DNA from: Gammaproteobacteria bacterium
GTDB taxonomy: Bacteria > Pseudomonadota > Gammaproteobacteria > UBA4575
Direction of reading: 5' to 3'
NCBI GenBank assembly: GCA_965243395.1
Contig: CBDEUS010000001.1
Coordinates: 1,215,211 to 1,279,210 of the forward strand
DNA length: 64,000 nt
Shown: one piece after another, positions 9,584-20,475 of the stretch
Layout: every line of letters begins with the position of its first letter
How positions within the stretch are numbered: position 1 is the first letter of the stretch
Made by a program: the position numbers and the translations under genes
The notes under the pieces: model-generated
The model's input: the letters and a program-made list of their open reading frames with translations, nothing else
Databases searched by the model: none
What the model was told of the DNA's origin: nothing

Positions 9584-11011
9584 TCAGGCATATGCATCAA
9601 GCAAATATAATGACGAAGGAATATCAGATGCTTTACCCCACCCGACAATATCTTCTTCCTGTGCCGTGAAACTAGAATTCTCACTAATAGGACTTTCCGT
9701 ATTATCACTCAAGTCAGAAAACTGGGAGCTTTGATCCGTTTGACTTGAGAAATGTGTCTCAACATTTACTTCTTTTAGATTTATACCGCTTTCATGAAAA
9801 TGATTACGTAAATTAGAAACACTGGTCTCAATAAGCTCTTTTGTAATGTTGCTGCTTGCTAAAAAGTTGATTTTTAGATTTGAATCTTCAAGGCTTAGCG
9901 CAATATTCACTTGCCCCAACGATTCTGGATAGACGTTAATTTTTGCATTCTGTGTATTATTATTAATTAACCATTTAATATTTTGTGTGATGGATTGATC
10001 CACACTTTTCTGCACCTGCTCTAAACCTAATCCTTGTTTAATTTGCAATGGTATAGGTGCCTCAATGCTTTTATTACTCAACCCTAAAGTGTTCAGATGA
10101 TTATAGGTATCAACACCGGTATTAGCATTTACGTTTTGTGCTACCGGATCAGATTTTATGGCGCTGATGTTTTGCTGAAATACTTCTGTATTTATAGCAA
10201 AATTTTTCGTAATTTTTCTGTTTATATTATCTTCCGAAAATAATGTGGTTACAAAATCATTTAACTTATCTATTTTATTTTCTTTTACACCAAGCTTTTG
10301 ATCAGTTGTATAAATCACAGGTTCTTCAGATTCAACTTGAAAACTGTTAGCAAGACTATTAAGTTTTTCAATGCCCTTGGACTGTTCATCAATTATTGTA
10401 TTTAGTTGAGAATTAACTAGATTGGCTATTGAACTTAAGTTATCAACTTGTGCGGGTTTTGCAGAGATATTATTTGTTTGTATAGCTGGATTTGAGGGAT
10501 TTAATTCGCTATCAAGTAGTTTTGCTATAAGTTCGTTTGCATTTAAAGATGTTTGGGGAATTACATTCTGGATCGATTGAATAATATCTGATAAATCTCT
10601 TTGGTTCAGAATTGCCTGTAGTTGGCTTTCTGTCACAGGCAGATGTTCGAGCTGTAGTCCAAGATTGGCTAAATTTGAGCTAGGTCTTGTGTTAATGGCT
10701 TCATCAATAGATTCCGTTATGATATCTGTCTCAATATCACCGGTTTGAAGCTCATTTGCTAATGATTGTAATTTTAATCTATAGTCATTGAATAAATGCG
10801 GCAATGTTACCTGCGGCAAACTATTGCCATCATCAGGCAATACTTGCCCGCTATTGGAATCAATACTCTGCTTGAGTGAGTTATGCAAAAACTCACCAAA
10901 ATTGCCGTTTACACCTTGATTTGAACCAAAAGTTTCAGGATGAATACAGTTTTCACATAAACCAGGGGTAATTTGCAAATTACTATTCAATAATATTTGT
11001 GTTTCTGCCAT
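9584..11011 (-). CDS. fliK: Hook-length control protein FliK
   Basis: Low-complexity N-terminus; C-terminal 'AKINVYPESLGQVNI...LRNHFHESGINL' and LLDAYA end. Confidence 0.9.
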   Translation of the reverse strand: MAETQILLNSNLQITPGLCENCIHPETFGSNQGVNGNFGEFLHNSLKQSIDSNSGQVLPDDGNSLPQVTLPHLFNDYRLKLQSLANELQTGDIETDIITESIDEAINTRPSSNLANLGLQLEHLPVTESQLQAILNQRDLSDIIQSIQNVIPQTSLNANELIAKLLDSELNPSNPAIQTNNISAKPAQVDNLSSIANLVNSQLNTIIDEQSKGIEKLNSLANSFQVESEEPVIYTTDQKLGVKENKIDKLNDFVTTLFSEDNINRKITKNFAINTEVFQQNISAIKSDPVAQNVNANTGVDTYNHLNTLGLSNKSIEAPIPLQIKQGLGLEQVQKSVDQSITQNIKWLINNNTQNAKINVYPESLGQVNIALSLEDSNLKINFLASSNITKELIETSVSNLRNHFHESGINLKEVNVETHFSSQTDQSSQFSDLSDNTESPISENSSFTAQEEDIVGWGKASDIPSSLYLLDAYA

Positions 11012-11038
11012 ATCTAAACAATTCCTTGCATTAGATAC

Positions 11039-11054
11039 TGCATTATTCGGGCCA
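11039..11054 (-). promoter_or_regulatory. sigma54 promoter of fliK
   Basis: TGGCCC-GAATA-ATGCA with correct GG-N10-GC spacing. Confidence 0.7.
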
Positions 11055-11099
11055 ATTTAGGTGTAATTATTAATAATTATTCTATTTATTTTTATACAC

Positions 11100-11528
11100 T
11101 CATTTTTTTAACATCGTAAGAATCTGGCTATCTAATTCTTTTTGTTCATTACGCTCTTTTACTTCTAATTCCTGTTTATGATAGCGTTTAACAAGTGCTC
11201 CAAGGGCACTATTTTGAGCACGATCTTTTTGCAATAATGAAATCTGCTGGTTAACTTTATAATCTAGTTCTTGCACCACCTTTTCCTGAATATCGATCGC
11301 TTCTTCTAATTTGCTCATCAGCTTATGATGAATTTGTATTTCAGAAATTGTTTGGCTAGTTTTATTTTTTTGAATTAATTCATAATTAGCCTGATAATTT
11401 AATAAGCCTTGTAATTTTTGATCGTTCTCAATTTTATGATGCATAAGTTCTACTAAAGACGAGAATTGCTTATTTAACTTGAAATCTAAGACCTCTAGCG
11501 CTGCATTAAGTTTTTCTGAACGTGTCAT
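11100..11528 (-). CDS. fliJ: FliJ
   Basis: Coiled coil downstream of fliI; 'LLNYQANY', 'EQKELD'. Confidence 0.85.
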   Translation of the reverse strand: MTRSEKLNAALEVLDFKLNKQFSSLVELMHHKIENDQKLQGLLNYQANYELIQKNKTSQTISEIQIHHKLMSKLEEAIDIQEKVVQELDYKVNQQISLLQKDRAQNSALGALVKRYHKQELEVKERNEQKELDSQILTMLKK

Positions 11529-11540
11529 GGAAATATATTA

Positions 11541-12920
11541 CTAATTTTCTTGCGTATCGGGTTGTAAGGCTAAACCCATCTCTTGTACTGAGGACTGATA
11601 GTCAAAAGGTTGCAGCATGTCTTGTTTAAGGAAATTCATTAATTTTGGATAATATGTAATTGCTTGATCAATACTTGCATCTGTACCTAGTTGGTAAACA
11701 CCTAAATTAATCATATCCTCATGTTTTTTATAGCGTCCATAAATCTCTCTAAACTGCTGTGCTAAATTAACTTGTTCTGTATCGCATACAGTATGAAATA
11801 ATCTACTCACTGAAGTTTCAACATCAATAGCTGGAAAATGACCGGTCTCAGCTAGCGTCCTTGATAAGGTAATATGCCCATCTAAAATTGCGCGAGATGC
11901 GTCGGCAATAGGATCATTTTGGTCATCTCCTTCTACTAATACTGTATAAAATGCAGTGATCGAACCACCTAAAGTACTCGAATTACCTGCGCGTTCTACT
12001 AATGCTGGTAATCTGGTAAATACAGATGGCGGATAACCTTTTGTTGCAGGCGGTTCACCAATGGCAAGTGCAATCTCTCTATAAGACTGTGCTACACGAG
12101 TAAGTGAATCCATTAACAACAAAACTTGCTTGCCTTGATCGCGAAAATATTCAGCAATCGTAGTGGAATACTTTGCTGCATGAACTCTTTGTAAAGGTGA
12201 GCAATCGGCTGGTGCTGCAACTACTACGGTCTTTGTTAAGCCTTGTTCACCCAAAATCTGGTCAATGAATTCTTTTACCTCTCTACCACGCTCACCAATT
12301 AAACCAACAACAATGACATCTGCTGCAGTGAATTTTGTCATCATACCCAACAAAACACTTTTACCTACTCCACTGCCAGCAAATAAACCCATGCGTTGGC
12401 CAGTACCTATACTCAATAAAGCATTTATGGCTTTCACACCTACATCTAGAGGTTTTTCAATAGGCATACGCTCAAATGGATTAATATTTTTACCTTCTAA
12501 GTCACGAAATTCTTTCGCTTGTACCGGACCTTTCTTATCTAATGGCTGTCCTGCTCCATCAATCACACGACCTAATAATTCCTGGCCTACTGGTAATTTA
12601 TGATTGTCTTTTGTTGGAATTACACGTGCTCCAGGAACAGCGCCCTGCATATTCTCAATAGGCATTAAATAACTTTTAGTCCCAGAAAAACCGACTACCT
12701 CGGCTTCCATTTTCTGTTCGTTTGGAGAAACAATTAAACAACGACCGCCAATATTTACCTGACAACCTTGAGCTTCAATTGTCAAACCAACTAAGCGTGT
12801 CAATCTTCCTTCAACTGTATAAGTATAAGGCGATAGTGACTGTCCTGATTGATTGATCGCATCAATCCAATGTTGTTTTCGTTTAGAAAAATATGGTAAC
12901 GAACGAAGTAATTCAGTCAT
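11541..12920 (-). CDS. fliI: Flagellar export ATPase FliI
   Basis: AGSGVGKS, GLIGERGREV, GEPPATKGYPPSVF. Confidence 0.98.
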   Translation of the reverse strand: MTELLRSLPYFSKRKQHWIDAINQSGQSLSPYTYTVEGRLTRLVGLTIEAQGCQVNIGGRCLIVSPNEQKMEAEVVGFSGTKSYLMPIENMQGAVPGARVIPTKDNHKLPVGQELLGRVIDGAGQPLDKKGPVQAKEFRDLEGKNINPFERMPIEKPLDVGVKAINALLSIGTGQRMGLFAGSGVGKSVLLGMMTKFTAADVIVVGLIGERGREVKEFIDQILGEQGLTKTVVVAAPADCSPLQRVHAAKYSTTIAEYFRDQGKQVLLLMDSLTRVAQSYREIALAIGEPPATKGYPPSVFTRLPALVERAGNSSTLGGSITAFYTVLVEGDDQNDPIADASRAILDGHITLSRTLAETGHFPAIDVETSVSRLFHTVCDTEQVNLAQQFREIYGRYKKHEDMINLGVYQLGTDASIDQAITYYPKLMNFLKQDMLQPFDYQSSVQEMGLALQPDTQEN

Positions 12921-13515
12921 CAGTACGATCTGTTGTGCGTTGACTGCCTAATAATTTCGCTGCAATTTGGGCTACTTGTGAATCGATAGTTGCATCAATA
13001 AGTGAATCATCAGTCGCTAGCTTACAACCTCCTCTTTGAATAGAAGGGTCTTCGATTAGTGAATAACTATGTTCAATATCGTCTTGATTAAAGACTTTTT
13101 GTACAACACTAATATCATTAGGATTCAAATGAATAATTAAACGACCCTTTTCTAATGGCAATAGTTTAATTGCTTCGCGCACTACAGAAACAACTTGTTC
13201 TGAATTAATTTGAAGTTCTCTTCTAATAATTTGTTTGGATATAGAAACAGCTAGCTGTGTTATTGATTGGATAATATCTTCATCAATCACTTTTAGTGCA
13301 TGGTCAAAACTAGAGAATATTTCTTCAAAAGTTTGCTGATATTCATTTATAGTTTGTTGTGCCTGTTTAAGGCCATCTTCATAGCCATTTTTTAATTTTT
13401 CATCATAAGAATTTTGCGAGCCTGAAACTGATAAATCTCGATCCAGATAAGGTCCTTCCTTGTTTATTGAAAACGTGCTTAATGAAGCTGGCTGCCATGA
13501 TTCTTGATTACCCAT
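12913..13515 (-). CDS. fliH: FliH
   Basis: GYEDG repeat, IHLNPND, EDPSIQRGGC. Confidence 0.92.
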   Translation of the reverse strand: MGNQESWQPASLSTFSINKEGPYLDRDLSVSGSQNSYDEKLKNGYEDGLKQAQQTINEYQQTFEEIFSSFDHALKVIDEDIIQSITQLAVSISKQIIRRELQINSEQVVSVVREAIKLLPLEKGRLIIHLNPNDISVVQKVFNQDDIEHSYSLIEDPSIQRGGCKLATDDSLIDATIDSQVAQIAAKLLGSQRTTDRTDD

Positions 13516-13530
13516 AACTTTGTTTATACT

Positions 13531-14550
13531 CTAAAGAAAATCATCGCCTTTCCCGCCTAGCATAATAGTTCCTTCTTCGGCGAGTCTTAGTGCAACTTCT
13601 AATATTTCTTTCTGCGCATCTTCCACCTCAGCTAGACGCACAGGACCTGCTGTTTCAAGATCATCTTTGAGTAACTCAGCTGCACGTTTGGACATATTCT
13701 TAAATATTTTATTTGCAATTTCCGCACTAGCTCCTTTAAGTGCAACCACTAATTTATCCTGAGGCGCTTCTCTTAATATAGTTTGCATACCTCGATCATC
13801 TACAGTGAGTAAATTATCAAATACAAACATTTTTCCTTTAATTTCTTCACATAGCTCTTTATCTATTCCGTTTAAAGCTTCTACAATATTATTTTCAGTA
13901 TCTTTATCGACATTATTTAAAATATCAGCTGCAGCTTTAATACCTCCAAGGTTTTTAATTTTGCTATCTGTTTCCTGAGAAAATCTATTTTCAATTAGAA
14001 GTTCGAGTTCTTTCAAAGCAGAAGAATTGACATCCCCTAATCTTGCAATTCTCATGACTACATTTGCTTTTTTTTCCTCATCTAATAGTTCTAAAATATT
14101 TCCTGCTTGTTCATCTTTTAAATGTACTAACAAGATAGCAATTAATTGTGGATGTTCGTCTTTAATCGCATCAGCTATAACAGAAGGATCTATCCACTTG
14201 AGCGTTTCGATTCCACTAGCATTTGGGCCTAGTTCTATTCTAGACATTATGCTATTGGCTTTTTGCGGTCCTATCGCCTGGAATAAAATTTTCTTGAGAT
14301 AGTCTTGTGCGCCAATATCAAGTGGCGTGTGTTTAGTATTGACTTCACTAAAGTCATTTAAAACATCATAGATGTTATGTTGTGTAACATCTTTTAACGC
14401 ACTAATTGCGGTGCCAATAAGTTCAAGTTCTTCAGGATCCATGAACTTTAGTACTTTAGAAGCTTCCGTCTCTCCCAACACCATCATGAGAATGGCGGCA
14501 CGTTGTGCACCATCTAATGGACTAGCTTGTACTGCTTCTTCACTCGCCAC
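13531..14550 (-). CDS. fliG: Rotor protein FliG
   Basis: EHPQ, GGIKAAADILN, MFVFDNL, NMSKRAA. Confidence 0.98.
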   Translation of the reverse strand: MASEEAVQASPLDGAQRAAILMMVLGETEASKVLKFMDPEELELIGTAISALKDVTQHNIYDVLNDFSEVNTKHTPLDIGAQDYLKKILFQAIGPQKANSIMSRIELGPNASGIETLKWIDPSVIADAIKDEHPQLIAILLVHLKDEQAGNILELLDEEKKANVVMRIARLGDVNSSALKELELLIENRFSQETDSKIKNLGGIKAAADILNNVDKDTENNIVEALNGIDKELCEEIKGKMFVFDNLLTVDDRGMQTILREAPQDKLVVALKGASAEIANKIFKNMSKRAAELLKDDLETAGPVRLAEVEDAQKEILEVALRLAEEGTIMLGGKGDDFL

Positions 14551-16186
14551 TTGGAGCTACCCAGCTTTTAACTATCTTGGCCACTTGCTTAGGGTCCTGT
14601 GATACGAGTTCTTTAGCCATAGCAAGTTGTTGTACATAATTTGGATAACTTCCTGCAGCGCTAGCAGGCAGGGCTGCTTGTCCAGAAGTACCTTCTAATA
14701 ATGGTTGTGATGCAGAACTTGTACTTGATGCCCCAGATTTGTGTTTACCCATTAAGGTTTTCATTGCGGGACGTACAAACATAAACAATATGATCAATAC
14801 AGATATTCCTGCAAACACTTGTTTGATAATGGCTAACAACCATGGTTGTTTCCAAATAGGAGTTGCTTCGGGCTCTTCTAAAACTTCTTCTGGAAGGAAA
14901 CTACTATTGTATACAGTGATACTATCACCACGTTCTTCATTAAATCCTATTGCACCACCCACAATACCTCGAATTAAATCAAAATCCTCTTCGGCAAGTG
15001 GCGTTTTAACTGTTTCACCTGCTTCGTTAACAACTTCTTTATCATCTACAACAATTGCCACTGATATTCGATTTATTAAGCTTTTCGCTTCCTGTGTATA
15101 GCGCATGGTCTTATCTAATTCGTAATTTCTGGTGGTATTTTGCGAAGTTGACACCGGTGTTGAATTAGAAGAAGCACTTTCGTCACCTTCTTGCGTATCA
15201 TCTTGCTGAACGGTGCCAGCTGCGGGAGGTTGATTAGTTAATGCACCAGGGATGCCTATTGCAGCAGTAGAACTTCCTTGGTTACGTTGATCAGAAATTT
15301 GTTCGCTACGAACCTGACTCTCTCCGGGATCATATAGTTCTTCTGCACTCTCGCTTTTTGTAAATTCTATATCGGCATTCACTTGTGCTTTGATTTTATT
15401 ACGCCCATAAATAGGCGAAAGTAATTCTTCTATACGGCTTGCATAAGTTTGTTCTACAGATTTTTTATAGGCTAACTGCTTATTAGATTGTGCAATTACA
15501 TCATCGTCATTCGTAGAACTAAGTAGTTGTCCCCATTGGTCTACAATCGTTACGCTGGAAGCCTCTAAATAAGGAACGCTTGATGCTACTAGATGAGTAA
15601 TAGATGCGACTTGTCCTGATTCCAGTACTCTTCCAGGCATCAACTTAATCATGACGGAAGCAGAAGTCAGCCCCCGGTTTCTCACGAAGACTGATTGTTT
15701 CGGAGTTGCGATATGCACTCTAGCATTTTCAATATTTCTCATACCTGCAATGGTACGACTCAGCTCTGTTTCTAGAGCATGTTGGTATCGTGCAGTTTCC
15801 ATGAATTGGCTGGTACCTAAAGCTGGCTTATCTTTTAGCACTTCATAACCTGTTCCATTGGATTGAGGTAATCCTTCTGAAGCAAGCAGAATTTTTGCTT
15901 CGCCGATTTTATCATTTGCTACCAATATCATTCCCGACGAAGAATCAATTCGAAACGGAATGTTAGATGTACGCAAAACATCAGCCACCATACTTACATC
16001 GGATTGTGTTAAGTTTGAATACACAGGGGTGTACTCTGGTTTTATAGACCAAAGCGTCACGCCCACGCCAAGTGCTAACACTGCCGCTAAACTAAAAATT
16101 AATCCTAAATGTGAAAATAGTGAACGTAGAAACTCGCCAAAATTAAATGAATTAGGAACTTGATTCGCCTCTAATGTAGCATCCAT
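14540..16186 (-). CDS. fliF: MS-ring protein FliF
   Basis: ALETELSRTI, ARVHIATP, SASV, GIPGALTNQPP, TRNYELD. Confidence 0.97.
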   Translation of the reverse strand: MDATLEANQVPNSFNFGEFLRSLFSHLGLIFSLAAVLALGVGVTLWSIKPEYTPVYSNLTQSDVSMVADVLRTSNIPFRIDSSSGMILVANDKIGEAKILLASEGLPQSNGTGYEVLKDKPALGTSQFMETARYQHALETELSRTIAGMRNIENARVHIATPKQSVFVRNRGLTSASVMIKLMPGRVLESGQVASITHLVASSVPYLEASSVTIVDQWGQLLSSTNDDDVIAQSNKQLAYKKSVEQTYASRIEELLSPIYGRNKIKAQVNADIEFTKSESAEELYDPGESQVRSEQISDQRNQGSSTAAIGIPGALTNQPPAAGTVQQDDTQEGDESASSNSTPVSTSQNTTRNYELDKTMRYTQEAKSLINRISVAIVVDDKEVVNEAGETVKTPLAEEDFDLIRGIVGGAIGFNEERGDSITVYNSSFLPEEVLEEPEATPIWKQPWLLAIIKQVFAGISVLIILFMFVRPAMKTLMGKHKSGASSTSSASQPLLEGTSGQAALPASAAGSYPNYVQQLAMAKELVSQDPKQVAKIVKSWVAPSGE

Positions 16187-16214
16187 ATAAACTTATTCTC
16201 TTTTTTAAATAAAA

Positions 16215-16541
16215 TTAAACCGGCATACGCATTACTTCTTGGTACGCATTTACTAACTGATTGCGCACCTGTTTAACTGCCTCAAATGAAACTCGTGCCT
16301 TTTGCATTTCAATCATAACTCTGGATAATTCAACACTGGAATCGCCGCGTTCAAACCGATCTCTTAATTCACCTGCGTGCATTTGTTGATCATTTACATT
16401 ATCAATTGAGTTTTTTAATAAAGAAGAAAATTTTTCACTTTCATTATCGTTTTGATTGATATTTATATTCGGTTCTAGCTGACTTGAAATACTTCTAATC
16501 TGTGAAAGCAATTCATTTATTTTTATATCGCTCATAGTCAC
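16215..16541 (-). CDS. fliE: FliE
   Basis: VMIEMQKARVSF..VRNQLVNAYQEVMRMPV. Confidence 0.96.
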   Translation of the reverse strand: MTMSDIKINELLSQIRSISSQLEPNININQNDNESEKFSSLLKNSIDNVNDQQMHAGELRDRFERGDSSVELSRVMIEMQKARVSFEAVKQVRNQLVNAYQEVMRMPV

Positions 16542-16555
16542 ATCCTTATTTATTT

Positions 16556-17914
16556 TTACGCGCTTCTATATGCAGAGGGCACAGGAACACCCTGATCTTT
16601 CATTTTTGCAATTTTATATCTAAGTGTTCTTGGACTAATTCCCAGACGTTCTGCAACAAGCTTTCTATTCCCATGTTCTGCCACTAATGCTTGCAATATC
16701 AATTCTTGCTCATGTGACTTTAGATCTGTATTTAAATTTGTAACCGTTTTTTCATTAGTTAAATCTTGTTCTTCAAGTTCTAATAAGTCTTCCTCTATAA
16801 CATTATTACTGCATAATACTATTGCTCGTTGTATGACATTTTCTAACTCTCTAACGTTACCGGGCCAATGACTCCTGATTAAACGCTCACGTGCTTTTTC
16901 AGAAAGCTCTAATGATTTATTCGGAGAATGCTTGTTCAATATCATATAAGCCAAAGGTAAAATATCATCTACGCGTTCACGCAAAGGAGGCAACGTAATT
17001 GGGAAAACATTTAGTCGATAAAATAAATCTTCTCTAAAAGTTCCTTTCTTCACTTCATCTTTTAAGTTTCTATTAGAAGTAGCAATAATTCTTACATCCA
17101 GGTCAATGACCTTTTTACCTCCTAATCTTTCGACCTGTTTTTCCTGCAATACTCTTAAGAGCTTTGCTTGTAGCCCTAGATCCATCTCAGAGATCTCATC
17201 CAACAACAAAGTCCCTTGTTGTGCTTCTTCAAATTTACCTGCTTTAGATTGATGAGCGCCTGTATAAGCCCCTTTTTCATGACCAAATAAAACAGCTTCG
17301 AGCATATTTTCCGGTATAGCAGCACAGTTGATGGCAACAAACGGGTGATTACTACGCGGAGAATTTGCATGGATAAATCGTGCCAATACTTCTTTACCGG
17401 TACCACTTTCTCCACGTATGAATACTGAAACAGCAGTAGTAGCAACACGTCTAGCAATTTTTTTAGTTTCAATTGATTTTTTATCTACTGAAATATAGTT
17501 ACTAGTGTCTGTTTTCTTTGAGAACTTTACTTGGATATTACTTTTAATAATATTCAATAGAAGATCTACATCGAAAGGTTTTACTAGGTAATCACTTGCT
17601 CCACTTTTAATACATGTAACTGCTTTTTCTATCGTTCCATAAGCAGTCATTAAGACAACTGGTAAAGATAGATATTTTTGTTTGATTGCTTCTAATAATT
17701 CGTATCCATCAGCGATAGGATCATTTTCACTGTCTGTGTTATCAAATTGTATATCGCTAAGCACCATATCTATTTTCTCTCTTCCAAGAAGCCCCATCGC
17801 ACTCATAGGTGTTGCTGACTCAAATGCATTAAACCCATGATCACGTATCGTTCCAGCTATGGCATGACTAAGCTTCATGTCATCTTCAACAATCAATATA
17901 TTTTTTCCCTGCAT
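16556..17914 (-). CDS. fleR: sigma54-dependent response regulator FleR/FlrC
   Basis: REC + AAA+ ([14 protein letters not shown]) + HTH 'LGISPRTLRYK'. Confidence 0.93.
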   Translation of the reverse strand: MQGKNILIVEDDMKLSHAIAGTIRDHGFNAFESATPMSAMGLLGREKIDMVLSDIQFDNTDSENDPIADGYELLEAIKQKYLSLPVVLMTAYGTIEKAVTCIKSGASDYLVKPFDVDLLLNIIKSNIQVKFSKKTDTSNYISVDKKSIETKKIARRVATTAVSVFIRGESGTGKEVLARFIHANSPRSNHPFVAINCAAIPENMLEAVLFGHEKGAYTGAHQSKAGKFEEAQQGTLLLDEISEMDLGLQAKLLRVLQEKQVERLGGKKVIDLDVRIIATSNRNLKDEVKKGTFREDLFYRLNVFPITLPPLRERVDDILPLAYMILNKHSPNKSLELSEKARERLIRSHWPGNVRELENVIQRAIVLCSNNVIEEDLLELEEQDLTNEKTVTNLNTDLKSHEQELILQALVAEHGNRKLVAERLGISPRTLRYKIAKMKDQGVPVPSAYRSA

Positions 17915-17959
17915 GATTTACCCTTTATTATTTATTTAATTTCAATAAGCCTCAAAAAT

Positions 17960-19141
17960 TTATGAGTTCGAACTGGATATTGGAGAAAATTCTGAGTATT
18001 TAGGAATCCGCATGTCTACACATAAGCCTTGTGGCACTTCTTCTTTAGCTTCAACCGTTCCTCCATGTGCTTCCATAATAGATTTAACAACAGATAAACC
18101 TAAACCAGTTCCACCTGCTTTAGTTGTAAAAAAAGGCTCAAATATTTTTTCTTTAAGTTCATTTGATATGCCCTTACCTTTATCATGTATGGAGAACACA
18201 ATATCTTTTCCTTCAGATTTAATTTCGATCAAAACTTTTGTATCAAACTCACTTGCCTGGATAGCATTGTGGACTACATTTTTGAGCGCTCCCCAAAAAG
18301 CAATATAATTAACCGAAATTTTCATTTCGTTACTAGAAATTTTTTCATCTATATCAATTAAGTAATTACCAAATTCCCGTTGAATATCTTTACGAAGCTT
18401 ACTAACTAGCTGTTTTACTTCAATTTGGTCATTTAACTGCCACTCTCCTTTTGCAAAAGACAGCATGTCATTCACCGTTTCCTCTAAGTTATGTAAGCAG
18501 TGCTTTACATTTTCAACTAATTGAAAAGAAAGCTCATGTTTGTTAATGCGTTTTTCTAGGCTTGATAAATAAAGAAAAGCTGCTGATAACGGTGTGCGAA
18601 CTTGATGAGCCAGTGAAGCCACCATGTTTCCTAGAGATTCAAGCCTCTCTTTTCGATTAAGAGATTCGTGATAATTATATTCAGCAGTAACATCGTTAAT
18701 AATTATGACTTTTCCTTCACTGCGTTGCTGAGATTCAATTTTTAGTGATATACGGTTTCCATTTTTTAAACAAATTTCACTATTTCCGGAATATCCTGCT
18801 GCTAGGTATTTTTTAGCTACTTCGCTCCAAATTTGACCCTTTAAAAATGTCCCAATTAATTTGTCTGCGATTTCATTGTTCTCAATGATAGTTCCATAAT
18901 CATCAAGTACGACAATTCCAACAGGCAAGGTGCGAAGTAGGACAGATAATCTATCAGCAAGCTTTTCTTTTTCGACCAACTGATGAAACTTCTCATTTCT
19001 TGTTTCAATCAGTTCTTTTTGGAGACTTTCTACTCGACCTTCGAGTTGATCGTAAGCAGAAGTTAAATCTTCTGAAAGACGATTAAAATTATCGAATGCA
19101 CTCTCTAGTGCTAGCTTCCTATTATCAACAGCAACATCCAT
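17960..19141 (-). CDS. fleS: Sensor kinase FleS/FlrB
   Basis: Coiled coil + PAS-like + LAHQVRTPL H-box + HATPase (FEPFFTTK, GTGLGL). Confidence 0.92.
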   Translation of the reverse strand: MDVAVDNRKLALESAFDNFNRLSEDLTSAYDQLEGRVESLQKELIETRNEKFHQLVEKEKLADRLSVLLRTLPVGIVVLDDYGTIIENNEIADKLIGTFLKGQIWSEVAKKYLAAGYSGNSEICLKNGNRISLKIESQQRSEGKVIIINDVTAEYNYHESLNRKERLESLGNMVASLAHQVRTPLSAAFLYLSSLEKRINKHELSFQLVENVKHCLHNLEETVNDMLSFAKGEWQLNDQIEVKQLVSKLRKDIQREFGNYLIDIDEKISSNEMKISVNYIAFWGALKNVVHNAIQASEFDTKVLIEIKSEGKDIVFSIHDKGKGISNELKEKIFEPFFTTKAGGTGLGLSVVKSIMEAHGGTVEAKEEVPQGLCVDMRIPKYSEFSPISSSNS

Positions 19142-19202
19142 CTGGCATATCCTTACATAGTAATTTTTTAATACGCATTAATTTGACGCGTATTAACTAC
19201 TA

Positions 19203-19218
19203 TGCAAACAATATGCCT
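19203..19218 (-). promoter_or_regulatory. sigma54 promoter of fleSR(-fliEFGHIJ)
   Basis: AGGCAT-ATTGT-TTGCA. Confidence 0.8.
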
Positions 19219-19271
19219 ATTTTTGTTTTACTATATTTAACAGGAACTTAAGAAAATATTAAGTTTGTGAA

Positions 19272-19285
19272 GTCAATATTATGAC
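19272..19285. promoter_or_regulatory. Putative FleQ box upstream of the fleS promoter
   Basis: GTCAATATTATGAC (GTCA-N6-TGAC), overlapping the fleQ stop codon, about 55 bp upstream of the -24 element. Confidence 0.6.
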
Positions 19286-20394
19286 GGAGTGGCACGTTGA
19301 AATTGATGTTTTTTCAATTTTTCGACGAGTGTAGTTCTCCGTAAACCAAGTAACTTTGCAGCTTGCGCCACGACACCATTAGCAAGATCCAAAGCTTGCT
19401 GAATGTAAAACTGTTCTACAGAGGCAATATGTGATTTTAAATCTACGCCTTCTTGAGTAAGCAACGGTAAACCAACTGTTCTATTCATTAGGCTGGTTTC
19501 AGTAACATCCATTTCTGGAAATGAGTCGATATGCATTTCTTCGTTTACGGAATTATTATTTTGCGTGTTTTTTATAGCACCATACTTACTTGGAAGTTTA
19601 GTTACATCAACAACTTTATCAGGATACAGGATACTTAATCTTTCAAGTAAATTAGAAAGCTCGCGCACATTCCCAGGCCAGGTATAACGTGCTAAAGCCG
19701 ACATAGCATCAGAAGTTACTTTTACATCTGTACCTGTTTCTTGTTTAATTTTATCTGTGATGGCATATACCAAAGATGGTAAATCTTCAGCTCGTCTGCG
19801 TAATGGCGGTAACTCAATTGGATATACATGTAAACGATAATAAAGGTCCTCTCGGAATTCACCTTTTTTCACCATCTCTTCTAAGTTTCGATGTGTCGCA
19901 GCAATTACCCGAACATTAGCACTAATCGATTTGCCGCTTCCCACGCGCTCATAGACTTTTTCTTGCAGCACTCTCAAAAGTTTGGCTTGCATATTGAGGT
20001 CCATATCGCCTATTTCATCAAGAAACAGCGTTCCTCCTTCAGCTAATTCAAATCTGCCTTTTCGGTCTGTTATCGCACCCGTAAAAGCGCCTTTGACATG
20101 GCCAAATAGCTCGCTTTCGAGCAGTTCCTGAGGAATCGCGGCACAATTGACGGGGACAAAATATTTAGATGCTCGATTTGAAATTGTATGAATACTGCGG
20201 GCAACCACTTCTTTGCCCGTACCAGATTCACCAAGAATTAAAACATTAGCATTCGTATTGGCTACACGCTCGATAAGCTCACTTACTTGCTGAATAGCTT
20301 GACTATGCCCATCTAAAAGTAATTTATTATTTTTACGACGACCTAGATTTTCTCTAGTATCAGAATAGAGGTTCTGTGTGGATTCAACCTGCAT
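19279..20394 (-). CDS. fleQ: FleQ/FlrA-type sigma54 activator, N-terminally short
   Basis: AAA+ with GAFTGA; C-terminal '[23 protein letters not shown]' typical of FleQ; position upstream of fleS. Confidence 0.9.
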   Translation of the reverse strand: MQVESTQNLYSDTRENLGRRKNNKLLLDGHSQAIQQVSELIERVANTNANVLILGESGTGKEVVARSIHTISNRASKYFVPVNCAAIPQELLESELFGHVKGAFTGAITDRKGRFELAEGGTLFLDEIGDMDLNMQAKLLRVLQEKVYERVGSGKSISANVRVIAATHRNLEEMVKKGEFREDLYYRLHVYPIELPPLRRRAEDLPSLVYAITDKIKQETGTDVKVTSDAMSALARYTWPGNVRELSNLLERLSILYPDKVVDVTKLPSKYGAIKNTQNNNSVNEEMHIDSFPEMDVTETSLMNRTVGLPLLTQEGVDLKSHIASVEQFYIQQALDLANGVVAQAAKLLGLRRTTLVEKLKKHQFQRATPS

Positions 20395-20475
20395 TACTCT
20401 AACCAGCCTTTTTAATAAAAAATTTTCTAAAGCTTGAGACTAAGAGATTGTGCGCACTCCACAAGATTATTGCGC

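Noticed and set aside
20395-20442. fleQ as a pseudogene (in-frame upstream codons [11 protein letters not shown] faintly resemble the FleQ linker)
   Set aside because: Resemblance is weak, no further domain remnant is visible, and the AAA+ domain, HTH and downstream target boxes appear intact
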